A stretch of 54,416 nt of DNA, from assembly GCA_964432675.1 (NCBI GenBank), contig CAYSOG010000004.1, positions 30,002 to 84,417 on the forward strand, read 5' to 3'. The notes beneath the pieces are model-generated. The model saw only the letters and a program-made list of their open reading frames with translations. It was not told where the DNA came from and did no database searches. The DNA comes from an uncultured Gammaproteobacteria bacterium (GTDB taxonomy: Bacteria > Patescibacteriota > Microgenomatia > CAYSOG01). This document shows, piece after piece, positions 34,031 to 41,851 of the stretch. A program made the position numbers and the translations under genes. Each line of letters starts with the position of its first letter. The stretch's first letter is position 1.

Positions 34031-34462
34031 ATGGCAACTGAACCAAACACTCCAAGCGGTCTCCATCGGTCGCGCACTAATCAAATTATTGCCGGCGTTT
34101 GTTCAGGTATTGGCTTGTATTTTGCTGTTGATCCGAACATTGTCCGCTTGTTGTTTGCAGTTCTAACACTTTTTGGCGGTTCTGGGATTATTATTTACAT
34201 CTTACTTTGGATAATTTTGCCTTATGATAGCGCCGAACCTGCTACTAGCACCACTACTGCAACTACCAAACCCGTAGGTACTTCTCCATTCATCCAAAAA
34301 TATGGACATAGCAATCAATTTTGGATTGGTATTATTATCATTGGGTTAGGTCTTGTCCTCTTGCTAAATAATTTAGGTTTCCTTTCAGACAGTACACTCA
34401 ATACTTATTGGCCAATTATATTGGTTGTCGTTGGTTTAGCTATTTTATTACGCAAACGCTAA
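34031..34462 (+). CDS. PspC domain-containing membrane protein
   Basis: LHRSRTNQIIAGVCSGIGLYFAVDPNIVRLLFAVL PspC signature; ATG 34031 preferred over track start 34004. Confidence 0.75.
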   Translation: MATEPNTPSGLHRSRTNQIIAGVCSGIGLYFAVDPNIVRLLFAVLTLFGGSGIIIYILLWIILPYDSAEPATSTTTATTKPVGTSPFIQKYGHSNQFWIGIIIIGLGLVLLLNNLGFLSDSTLNTYWPIILVVVGLAILLRKR

Positions 34463-34465
34463 CAT

Positions 34466-34888
34466 ATGCAGCTTTGGTATATCTATGCCCTTGGTTCAGC
34501 ACTATTCGCAGCTCTTGTTGCGGTTTTAGGGAAGATCGGTATTGCTGACCTCGATTCAACGCTTGCTACCACTGTCCGCGCCATTATTATGGCCGTATTT
34601 CTTGTCCTCATTAGCCTAGCATTTGGCAAATTTTCTTACCTCAACCAAATCCATAACAAAGCGTTCCTTTTTATCGCACTTTCTGGCATTGCCGGTGCAC
34701 TTTCATGGCTTTGCTACTTTTTGGCGCTAAAAACAGGACCGGCCTCCGGTGTTGTCGCAATTGATCGCCTTAGTGTCGTCTTTGTCGTTTTATTGGCAAT
34801 CCTATTTCTTGGGGAGAAGTTTACCCTGCGCTCTGGTATCGGGGCAATCTTACTGACAACCGGTGCAATTTTGCTAAGTATAAAGTAA
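34466..34888 (+). CDS. EamA-like small DMT-family transporter
   Basis: 140 aa, four hydrophobic helices, single EamA-type repeat appearance. Confidence 0.55.
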   Translation: MQLWYIYALGSALFAALVAVLGKIGIADLDSTLATTVRAIIMAVFLVLISLAFGKFSYLNQIHNKAFLFIALSGIAGALSWLCYFLALKTGPASGVVAIDRLSVVFVVLLAILFLGEKFTLRSGIGAILLTTGAILLSIK

Positions 34889-34889
34889 T

Positions 34890-35156
34890 ATGGTTGAACA
34901 AAATATTGTAAACGAAATTACGGCTATCAAAAACCGCAATGCGCGCGTCGAAGCCGACAAGGCTTGGGAAACCAGCAAAACACGCATCCTAAGCCTTTGC
35001 TTAATTACTTACTTTGTTGCAGTCATCATTTTATATATTCTCGGTAATAACCAGTATTTTATTAACGCACTCATCCCAACGCTTGGTTTTTTTCTTTCCA
35101 CACAATCGTTACCGTTCATTAAAAAATGGTGGTTAAAAAGCATATACCACGACTAA
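34890..35156 (+). CDS. Small membrane protein
   Basis: 88 aa, two TM helices; 1-nt gap from the upstream gene. Confidence 0.45.
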   Translation: MVEQNIVNEITAIKNRNARVEADKAWETSKTRILSLCLITYFVAVIILYILGNNQYFINALIPTLGFFLSTQSLPFIKKWWLKSIYHD

Positions 35157-35172
35157 GCTTCCAAGTATTTCT

Positions 35173-35451
35173 ATGCCAAAGGGAACAAGCCATATTTCTA
35201 TACAAATCCATGGACGCGTACAAGGGGTTGGTTTTCGATATTTTGCCAAACTAAAAGCCAACGAACTTGGTGTAAATGGCGTTGTTAAAAATATGGCTGA
35301 CGGCTCCGTACTCATTGAGGCAGAAGCTGGTAAGGACCAACTTGCAAAATTTATCGATTGGTGTAAGAAGGGGCCCATACTCGCAAAAATCGATCATGTG
35401 ACAGTTAGTCCAGGCCAATTAAAACACCATACAGCTTTTTATATTGCATAA
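35173..35451 (+). CDS. acyP: Acylphosphatase
   Basis: IQIHGRVQGVGFRYF signature; 92 aa. Confidence 0.85.
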   Translation: MPKGTSHISIQIHGRVQGVGFRYFAKLKANELGVNGVVKNMADGSVLIEAEAGKDQLAKFIDWCKKGPILAKIDHVTVSPGQLKHHTAFYIA

Positions 35452-35457
35452 TGGTTA

Positions 35458-35973
35458 ATGGAAGTGAATAATATAACTATGTTCCTGCGATATGCCTATA
35501 CAATCTTCGTCGGTATTTTAATCGCAACATTTATCGGTGTTGGTATTGCGGCATTTTACCCGAAGCCAAAAATGCCAGTTTACCCAATGATGAACCATGT
35601 AGCTCCAGCGCCTGGACAGCAAACCGATATGCAACTGGCAGAAGAGCAAAGGCAACAAGAGGTCTATAGCCAGCAGGCAGAGGAATTCCGCACAAAAAAT
35701 ATTGAATACACCAAGTATGTTTCCAGCATTGCGCTCGCAGCTGCGGTTATTATAGTAGCAATTAGCTTAGTTTTCAGACGACAAATATTATTCCTCGCAG
35801 ATGGATTATTGCTTGGTGGTGTTCTCACTTTAATCTATAGCATTGTCCGCGGGTTTGAAGCCCAAGATGATAAATTCCGGTTTTTAGTTGTTACGGTTGG
35901 ACTTATCGTTGCACTTGCTTTAGGCTATCTAAAATTCATAAAGACGCACGAGCAAACTACCATTTCTTCGTAA
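35458..35973 (+). CDS. Membrane protein
   Basis: 171 aa with about four TM helices. Confidence 0.45.
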   Translation: MEVNNITMFLRYAYTIFVGILIATFIGVGIAAFYPKPKMPVYPMMNHVAPAPGQQTDMQLAEEQRQQEVYSQQAEEFRTKNIEYTKYVSSIALAAAVIIVAISLVFRRQILFLADGLLLGGVLTLIYSIVRGFEAQDDKFRFLVVTVGLIVALALGYLKFIKTHEQTTISS

Positions 35974-36050
35974 CCGCTCTTCTTTATTTGCCTTGATAAG
36001 AGTATACTTATGTCACAAATTTTATTGCCCAGTACGCGGCAATTTAATCT

Positions 36051-36064
36051 GGCACGTTAACAAA
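36051..36064 (+). promoter_or_regulatory. Third copy of the GGCACGTTAACAAA core motif
   Basis: 14/14 match to the cassette 2 leader element (13/14 to cassette 1); 58 nt upstream of ATG 36122. Confidence 0.5.
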
Positions 36065-36121
36065 TTGTGAGTAACAATACTTACTTCATTTAGATAACAT
36101 GGGTTACTGCAAGGGGTACTC

Positions 36122-36310
36122 ATGAACCATTTTTACACCATCGCCGGGATAACTGGTACGTCATTTGGACTACTTGAATTACTCCTATTACTGCTAATTA
36201 TTCTATGGTTAAGCTTAAAGTTTTACAAACTTACTAAATGCCCAAGCTTGGTAAGGCTAGTATATCGTGCACTTACTAGCTTATTTCAGGTGTTGCGCAA
36301 GCCACATTGA
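36122..36310 (+). CDS. Small membrane protein
   Basis: 62 aa, one TM helix; AAGGGG SD. Confidence 0.4.
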   Translation: MNHFYTIAGITGTSFGLLELLLLLLIILWLSLKFYKLTKCPSLVRLVYRALTSLFQVLRKPH

Positions 36311-36333
36311 ACATAGCAATAGGAGGTGAAGCT

Positions 36334-36756
36334 ATGCAAAGTACGGCTGGTCAAACAGACCAAAGCACAGGAATTCCCGGGAGTTCCCTTAATAACGAGC
36401 ATGTAGGCACCATTCGAGTTCTCTGGATTGGGAACAAGGCAAGAATAGAGACAACTGATGAGGATAAGATTCGTGAATTACTAGATTTATCTCATAATGA
36501 AAGTCTTGTCATCTCCAGGTTTTTGCCAGCCGTTGATGAGCCGACTTCCTGGGTACCTAATAAATGGTATGCATATGGCCGGATGCTTTTTCACACTGAG
36601 GCAAATGTCCTTGTCGTTGAGGATGAAGAAGCACCTTCTCCACAACTATTTAATGAATTCCTGCGAGGTGAAGGTGCGGTTTCATGGTTTAAAGCCATGA
36701 TTTTAGTTACCTCAACCGACGATCCGAAGTCTATAACCTTTAATCGGATTTATTAA
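36334..36756 (+). CDS. Hypothetical protein
   Basis: ATG 36334 after AGGAGGTG (track start 36307 is less likely); 140 aa. Confidence 0.5.
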   Translation: MQSTAGQTDQSTGIPGSSLNNEHVGTIRVLWIGNKARIETTDEDKIRELLDLSHNESLVISRFLPAVDEPTSWVPNKWYAYGRMLFHTEANVLVVEDEEAPSPQLFNEFLRGEGAVSWFKAMILVTSTDDPKSITFNRIY

Positions 36757-36784
36757 ATTACTACCCAATAAAGGAAAGAGGACC

Positions 36785-37081
36785 ATGGCGCAAGATAGAG
36801 AACGCTACCTCGTTTATGTTACCCTTCCTAACACTCTGGGAAAAGTAACCTTTGCCATAATCGAACAAATATTTGCAGGTATTGATATGGAACTTGAATA
36901 CGATTACCCAATCGCGAACTTCGGTAATAGGGCAAAATTTGCCTTCCGGGCTTGGCTAACGGATGGAGAAAAAGAAAAAGCCAAGGCAAAGATTGGAGAC
37001 GTTATCTTTTACCCTGAGAGATTACGACTCGAAGGTATGAATCAATCAGCTACCCACCACCACTCAATGCGCGGCCACTAA
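36785..37081 (+). CDS. Hypothetical protein
   Basis: 98 aa; AAAGGAAAGAGG SD. Confidence 0.5.
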   Translation: MAQDRERYLVYVTLPNTLGKVTFAIIEQIFAGIDMELEYDYPIANFGNRAKFAFRAWLTDGEKEKAKAKIGDVIFYPERLRLEGMNQSATHHHSMRGH

Positions 37082-37122
37082 CGCTTGATTAGCTATAGCC
37101 AAAAATAACCAGGAGTAAGCTC

Positions 37123-37377
37123 ATGGACGGCGCTGCACTGATATTATTACCTTTTCTTTTAGTTGGGCTTTATCTTGCTTATTTGTCATGGGTAAAACCT
37201 ATGGTAGTTCGTAGGCTTAAGTGGAAGCGGGAAGATGGCCCTGACTTACAAGTATCAGGGCGCGAAATGTACATGCGAACTGCTTGGCGATACGATACGT
37301 GGACTGATCGCATTCTTTCATTACTCGTCATGTTGTTGACTCTATTTTTCTGGATTATGATACTGACTGGCCATTAG
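37123..37377 (+). CDS. Small membrane protein
   Basis: 84 aa, two TM helices; CAGGAG SD. Confidence 0.45.
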   Translation: MDGAALILLPFLLVGLYLAYLSWVKPMVVRRLKWKREDGPDLQVSGREMYMRTAWRYDTWTDRILSLLVMLLTLFFWIMILTGH

Positions 37378-37409
37378 TACCGTTCTTACTCACAACTTGC
37401 ATACACTTA

Positions 37410-37434
37410 GCCCCGGATATTATTTATCCGGGGC
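37410..37434 (+). terminator. Hairpin, possible terminator
   Basis: GCCCCGGAT / ATCCGGGGC stem; weak T tract after it. Confidence 0.4.
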
Positions 37435-37440
37435 GATTTC

Positions 37441-37469
37441 TTGGAACAGCGCTCTTTAGATGTTATAAT
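37441..37469 (+). promoter_or_regulatory. Sigma70 promoter upstream of the tRNA-Pro region
   Basis: TTGGAA-17 nt-TGtTATAAT (extended -10 at 37461-37469). Confidence 0.55.
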
Positions 37470-37481
37470 GTCACTGAAGAA

Positions 37482-37500
37482 ACGGGGTATGGCGCAGTGG
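37482..37500 (+). repeat. Partial copy of the tRNA-Pro 5' end (19 nt)
   Basis: ACGGGGTATGGCGCAGTGG is identical to 37652-37670, but the downstream sequence does not complete a cloverleaf. Confidence 0.8.
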
Positions 37501-37652
37501 AACGGACGCTTCTGATTATTATCAGAAAGGAGCTCGCTTGCAAAGTGATGCGGCCGAATAGCAAGCATTACTTTGACAAGGGTGGAGCGCGAGCAATAAT
37601 ATAATGCGCGATTTTTAATAACTAAGGGATAGGCAACCTTAAAATATCTTTA

Positions 37653-37725
37653 CGGGGTATGGCGCAGTGGCTAGCGCGCTCGCTTTGGGAGCGAGAGGCC
37701 GGAGGTTCAAATCCTCCTACCCCGA
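37653..37725 (+). tRNA. tRNA-Pro (UGG)
   Basis: Acceptor CGGGGUA/UACCCCG; anticodon arm CUCGC-UUUGGGA-GCGAG; GGAGGUUCAAAUCCUCC T-arm; no CCA encoded. Confidence 0.9.
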
Positions 37726-37826
37726 CTAACAGTTTAGCTTATCACAACAAAAAAAGTATCCTTACCCTCTCTTCCTGGAACGATCGGAGCTCACGTTTTA
37801 ACTGCATGAGCAAATGCAATCAAAAA

Positions 37827-37858
37827 GCTCGCTGGTTAAAATCCTCCTACCCCGACTA
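37827..37858 (+). repeat. Partial, internally deleted copy of the tRNA-Pro 3' portion
   Basis: GCTCGCT + GGTTaAAATCCTCCTACCCCGACTA; the last 25 nt match 37704-37728 with 1 mismatch; equivalent to the tRNA minus 37685-37703. Confidence 0.8.
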
Positions 37859-37991
37859 GATTGTATTTGGCAGTTTTTTAACAATATTACAAATAGTACT
37901 TATCCCACCTTTTATCTCACATTAATAAGTATGCAAGGTTTTTAGTATTATTATATTGACTTTTGTCCTGAATCATACGATAGTTAATAAA

Positions 37992-38621
37992 ATGGATGAA
38001 GAACCAAAGGAAAACCCATTACACGAGGATGATGCGGATACTGCTAATGCTGCCGATGAACAACTTAGGCGACAGACTCATACAGATCCAGTTGCAGAAA
38101 GTGCGGCTGATAGTTTCTTACATAGGCTTCTTGGCCGCGTGAAAATACGCGGTGAGTCTCCCTCAGAGTCGTTGCCAATAGTAAGATCTACCAGTGAGCG
38201 CGGTGACCTCACTACCGCGTGGCAGGCAGTTGTGGAAACAGACATGACTGACCATTTTAGTCGGTTTAGGGAATTGTTTGAAAAAGTGCCTCCAGGTGAA
38301 AGAGTAAATTTCCCTTTTACGATGGTACCTTTAGACCTCGACAAATACGGTGCAGAGAGTAAAGGCGCGGAGGATTTATCTCCTCAAGAACTGGCATTTG
38401 TAAAGCAACAATTTTTTAAAACAATAGGCTTCAACCCAGATAATGCACAACTTGCAGGGGAATATGATGTAAAATACGAAAACTCCCGGAGAATTATGTT
38501 ACATGGCCGTATTTATGAAACAGATCATTCTAATGAAGGCCTTTATCTACATGAACAGCAGTTTTTAGGTGGCAAACCTCGTCCCACCATTTACCTAGCA
38601 GCTGCAAAAGGTTACCGATAA
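37992..38621 (+). CDS. Hypothetical protein
   Basis: ATG 37992 (MDEEPKEN...) preferred over TTG 37956; acidic N-terminus; no motif recognised. Confidence 0.45.
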   Translation: MDEEPKENPLHEDDADTANAADEQLRRQTHTDPVAESAADSFLHRLLGRVKIRGESPSESLPIVRSTSERGDLTTAWQAVVETDMTDHFSRFRELFEKVPPGERVNFPFTMVPLDLDKYGAESKGAEDLSPQELAFVKQQFFKTIGFNPDNAQLAGEYDVKYENSRRIMLHGRIYETDHSNEGLYLHEQQFLGGKPRPTIYLAAAKGYR

Positions 38622-38836
38622 ATATTGCCACCTATCAATAACGAGAATTTCAAAACAGTAAAAAACTTGACAAAACCAGGCAATCGCTTTTATACTAGAA
38701 AACAATATGAGATCGCAAAGCCTAGTTATTACTATGAAAGGCCATTTCTCCAAGTATACTTGGGGTACGTTTCGTTGTACCCTTTTTGGAGGACTTTCGT
38801 AAATAATTAGACTATAAAATCTTAGATTATAAAGGA

Positions 38837-38865
38837 AGCCTCCAAAAAGAACTGGAGGCTTTTTT
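38837..38865 (+). terminator. Rho-independent terminator
   Basis: AGCCTCCA / TGGAGGCT stem followed by TTTTT. Confidence 0.75.
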
Positions 38866-38964
38866 AGTGGATAAAAAGTAAAAATTCCACACGTACATTA
38901 AAAAGAATGTTTGTTAAAATTCTAGCTCATATGTAACTTAGAAGCCCTATTTACCACTATTCTT

Positions 38965-39245
38965 GGCCGTGGTGATGTGAAGATTAACTATAGTCTTTAC
39001 AACACCACGAGCCAAGACTGATGCGCAGCGGTCTGGCTGAAGTGGAATTTTGGACTGGAAAGTCCATAGAAAGGAACAATTGTAATGCATAAGATCGGTT
39101 GCGACGGCCTCGATACCCATGGCTTCGGATTCGGCTGGGGCTACAGCAAGTAGCCTAGGCTGATACCTAGGGCCTTGCGGTGTAGTTGCATTCGGCTTTG
39201 CACCGCAAGGCCATCCTACAGTGTAAAGCGTTGCCAACAACAACA
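38965..39245. ncRNA. Unclassified structured RNA candidate or long structured 5' leader
   Basis: Dense nested helices seen by eye: 38968-74/39003-09, 39011-18/39031-37, GNRA hairpin 39051-66, 39139-55, perfect 12-bp stem 39171-82/39201-12; the only long ORF here (minus strand, 199 aa) looks non-coding. Confidence 0.3.
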
Positions 39246-39263
39246 GAGAAGGAGTAGGTAGCG

Positions 39264-39530
39264 ATGTATCCTGCAAACGATGCGCCGGTTGGGCCTGGCC
39301 AGTCATACCAGGTAAAATGTGGTGATGGCGGTATCCATCGTCATCCGCTTGAAACGCTCCTAGCGCCACCTGACCAAAACGCCAAGCAATGCGAGCACGG
39401 CTATTGGCATAAAGTTGGCACGAGCGGTGAGATTTTACCAGAGTGCTACCCAGCCTCATTCTTTGATGACCTTGGTAAACGGGGGAATGCGGGTAACGCT
39501 TGGCTTTCAAACGGTACTCACTGGTTCTGA
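39264..39530 (+). CDS. Small Cys-containing hypothetical protein
   Basis: 88 aa; GAAGGAG SD 9 nt upstream; GC-rich. Confidence 0.5.
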   Translation: MYPANDAPVGPGQSYQVKCGDGGIHRHPLETLLAPPDQNAKQCEHGYWHKVGTSGEILPECYPASFFDDLGKRGNAGNAWLSNGTHWF

Positions 39531-39546
39531 AATAGAGGAGGAGCAA

Positions 39547-39855
39547 ATGCCATCATTAGGCAATGAGCCTATTCCATGTGGTGAATTTCCCATTATGGCA
39601 TGCAACCTGGGAGCATACCATCAATTACTAGCAGAAAATATAAAGCTTAAGGAACCTGATGTTCCAGCGACTGTGTGTAGTGGTGGTAGATGGCACTATA
39701 ACGGCCAAGACGGTCGTGCAACAAGCGCATTTTATCCGGAAAAGGCTGTATTGGAGGATAAATCAAACGATTTACCTATAAAGCCACCATGGCAGTACAG
39801 TGGCAAAATGCATTGCTGGTCACCAAACCTTCGCGATCGTTGGCCCGCAGCTTAA
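39547..39855 (+). CDS. Small Cys-containing hypothetical protein
   Basis: ATG 39547 after GGAGGAG (track ORF 39415 overlaps the previous gene); 102 aa, 4 Cys. Confidence 0.5.
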   Translation: MPSLGNEPIPCGEFPIMACNLGAYHQLLAENIKLKEPDVPATVCSGGRWHYNGQDGRATSAFYPEKAVLEDKSNDLPIKPPWQYSGKMHCWSPNLRDRWPAA

Positions 39856-39882
39856 GAAGTATATAACAAACGTTCCTTTTTT

Positions 39883-39929
39883 GCAGGTGGTGTGTCTAAA
39901 GTTAGCACACTCGGCGACACACCACCTGC
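39883..39929 (+). terminator. Long perfect hairpin, possible terminator
   Basis: GCAGGTGGTGTGTC / GACACACCACCTGC 14-bp perfect stem, 19-nt loop; only a weak T tract. Confidence 0.35.
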
Positions 39930-39981
39930 CTCAACATTTTAGCCGTTTTAAATAGAAACGGCAATCTATATAAAGATTAAA

Positions 39982-41076
39982 ATGATAAATACTATGATTA
40001 ATAAAGACCGATTAGTAAAAAATTTTTTGCAATTAGTTCAAATTGATAGCCCTTCTGGTGAGGAAGATGCCATTGCGCAAGAATTGTTTCGGCAATTACA
40101 AGCACTTGGTGCGAGCGTCCAAACCGATCCTTATGGCAACATCATTGGAAAATTCGACGGGAAAGGTACGCCGCTGCTCCTTAATGCGCATATGGATACT
40201 GTTGAGCCGGGTAGGGGAGTGAAACCAATTATAAAAGATGACAGAATTTCCTCAGACGGCACAACAATTTTAGGTGCAGACCCAAAGGCTGGTATTGCGG
40301 CGATTGTGGAAGCCTTAACTTCAGTTGTGGAGGATAAAAAGGCACATCTTCCCATTGAAGTTGTTTTCACCCGCGGCGAAGAAAGTGGCTTAAATGGCGC
40401 CCGAAATTTAGATTATTCACTTATCTCTGCTAAACGAGCTGTTACATTTGATGGAGAAGACAATGTTAACACGCTTAATATTGATGGGCCGGGGTACTAC
40501 CGGGTAGACGCAACTATTATTGGTCGTGGATCGCACGCCGGTGCGGCTCCAGAAAAAGGTATTTCAGCAATTCGCATTGCTTCGGAAATTATTGCTAACT
40601 TGCCACTTGGCCGTCTCGACGAAGAATCATCGGCAAATATCGGCCTTATCGAAGGGGGCACAGCCAGAAACGCAATTCCAGAAAGAACAACAATCAAAGG
40701 TGAAATACGCTCGCGCAATAAAGCAAAGTTAGAAAATTTCCGCAATGAGTTTGAGCGGGTATTTACAAATACTATAAAAAAATATCCTTTAGCGAAATTA
40801 GATTTGGCAATCGTGCTCGAGTTTGGGCCCTATAAACTAGACTCAGAAAACGAAACGGTAAAACAGATTATAAATTCCCTAAAAATTATTGGTTTAACAG
40901 CAAAAATTGAACATTCCGGCGGTGGCACTGATGCCCATATGTTAAATAGCCATGGCATAGAGGCGATTGTTGTTGGCGCGGCCGAATTTGAACCCCATAC
41001 CACCCGCGAATATACGAAAATATCATCGTTATTAAAAGTTTCCCAATTTTGTGAGCAGTTAATACTATGTCCATAG
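39982..41076 (+). CDS. M20-family metallopeptidase (peptidase T-like)
   Basis: NAHMDTVEPG, GADPKAGIAAI, FTRGEESGLNGA metal-ligand motifs. Confidence 0.8.
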   Translation: MINTMINKDRLVKNFLQLVQIDSPSGEEDAIAQELFRQLQALGASVQTDPYGNIIGKFDGKGTPLLLNAHMDTVEPGRGVKPIIKDDRISSDGTTILGADPKAGIAAIVEALTSVVEDKKAHLPIEVVFTRGEESGLNGARNLDYSLISAKRAVTFDGEDNVNTLNIDGPGYYRVDATIIGRGSHAGAAPEKGISAIRIASEIIANLPLGRLDEESSANIGLIEGGTARNAIPERTTIKGEIRSRNKAKLENFRNEFERVFTNTIKKYPLAKLDLAIVLEFGPYKLDSENETVKQIINSLKIIGLTAKIEHSGGGTDAHMLNSHGIEAIVVGAAEFEPHTTREYTKISSLLKVSQFCEQLILCP

Positions 41077-41310
41077 TTACAGTATAGATTTTGACTGCAT
41101 ACCCCATAGATAAATACTACTTGTAGTAATTTACTATTTGTGATATACTTACGCTCATAATATCTGCCTCCAATATAGCCTATAGCTGTGTTGGTAGCAC
41201 CTTAATGTTTGCTCTAAATAGCTCGCTTGTGCAAAGAGCGAAAGGAGAACAATTCCCCTCAAGCCACATGTTTTGGTCTATATGCCCCACAAAAAGAAAG
41301 GAAGTAGGCA

Positions 41311-41742
41311 ATGCGAATTAGGTGGCAACTTTTCGCCTTAACAACCGCGATGGTTATTGGATTTTGTTTTCTGTGTGAATTAACAACAACAAATATAGAC
41401 GCCTGCGATGCTGCAGCTTTGTCCACACAGTCTTCTCTCTGTGCCAGTGTATCTGGCTCGCAAGTAACAAACCCGTCAGACACACAGAAGGCTAACCTTT
41501 GGAAGGCTTACCCCGACGATCTTATGTCTGTGCCTGATCCTGTTCCTTGGGGCCATGGCGACCGTTATTGTGACATGCCAGGCGGCGGAAAACTGTGGGT
41601 TAATGAAGGCGGATCGCAGCTGGGTGCCGATTGCGGAGGCCCACCAGTAACCGCACCGAAGTACAACGTGTTTTGTACCATGCCAGGCGGCGGCCGCATA
41701 TTTGTCCATACACCCGCTGACGAACCTACCGCCCAGTGCTAA
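41311..41742 (+). CDS. Secreted Cys-rich protein with duplicated C-x-MPGGG-x-(L/I)-(W/F)-V motif
   Basis: N-terminal hydrophobic signal; YCDMPGGGKLWV and FCTMPGGGRIFV repeats; 143 aa. Confidence 0.55.
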   Translation: MRIRWQLFALTTAMVIGFCFLCELTTTNIDACDAAALSTQSSLCASVSGSQVTNPSDTQKANLWKAYPDDLMSVPDPVPWGHGDRYCDMPGGGKLWVNEGGSQLGADCGGPPVTAPKYNVFCTMPGGGRIFVHTPADEPTAQC

Positions 41743-41851
41743 TGGCAGGTTATTTTTTATCTAAAGCTTCGTAATGTGGTAGCAGGAGGTAAATAAACTC
41801 AGTCATTGGTACTACTGGTTAAACGATCAAAAAGAAGAGAGGCATTCGAAC

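Noticed and set aside
37659-37859. 66-aa ORF spanning tRNA-Pro.
   Set aside because: It starts inside the tRNA-Pro gene and runs through the tRNA-derived repeats, so it is an artefact of ORF calling. The same applies to 27604-27792 (over tRNA-His) and 29342-29644 (over tRNA-Gly).
38625-38810. 61-aa ORF after 37992-38621.
   Set aside because: It would start at a non-canonical ATT codon with no SD, and the sequence has no notable features. The evidence is insufficient to call it a gene.
39016-39040. Hammerhead-like CUGAUG string.
   Set aside because: The core reads CUGAUGC rather than CUGAUGA, and there is no matching GAAA / cleavage-site arrangement.
39051-39125. Possible RNase P RNA. GGAAAGTCCAT (39057-67) matches the conserved CR-I/P4 strand, and ATGGCTT (39119-25) could form P4 with a bulged U.
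   Set aside because: The two strands are only about 55 nt apart, so there is no room for a specificity domain. The CR-II/III motifs are absent. About 140 nt of extra structure follows. GGAAAGTCC is also fully explained as part of a local TGGACT-GGAA-AGTCCA hairpin. The region is kept only as an unclassified structured RNA, and Rfam RF00010/RF00011 scans would settle the question.
38947-39546. 199-aa minus-strand ORF.
   Set aside because: The translation looks non-protein-like. It overlaps two plus-strand genes that have strong SDs (39264 and 39547), and it overlaps a region dominated by RNA-type helices.
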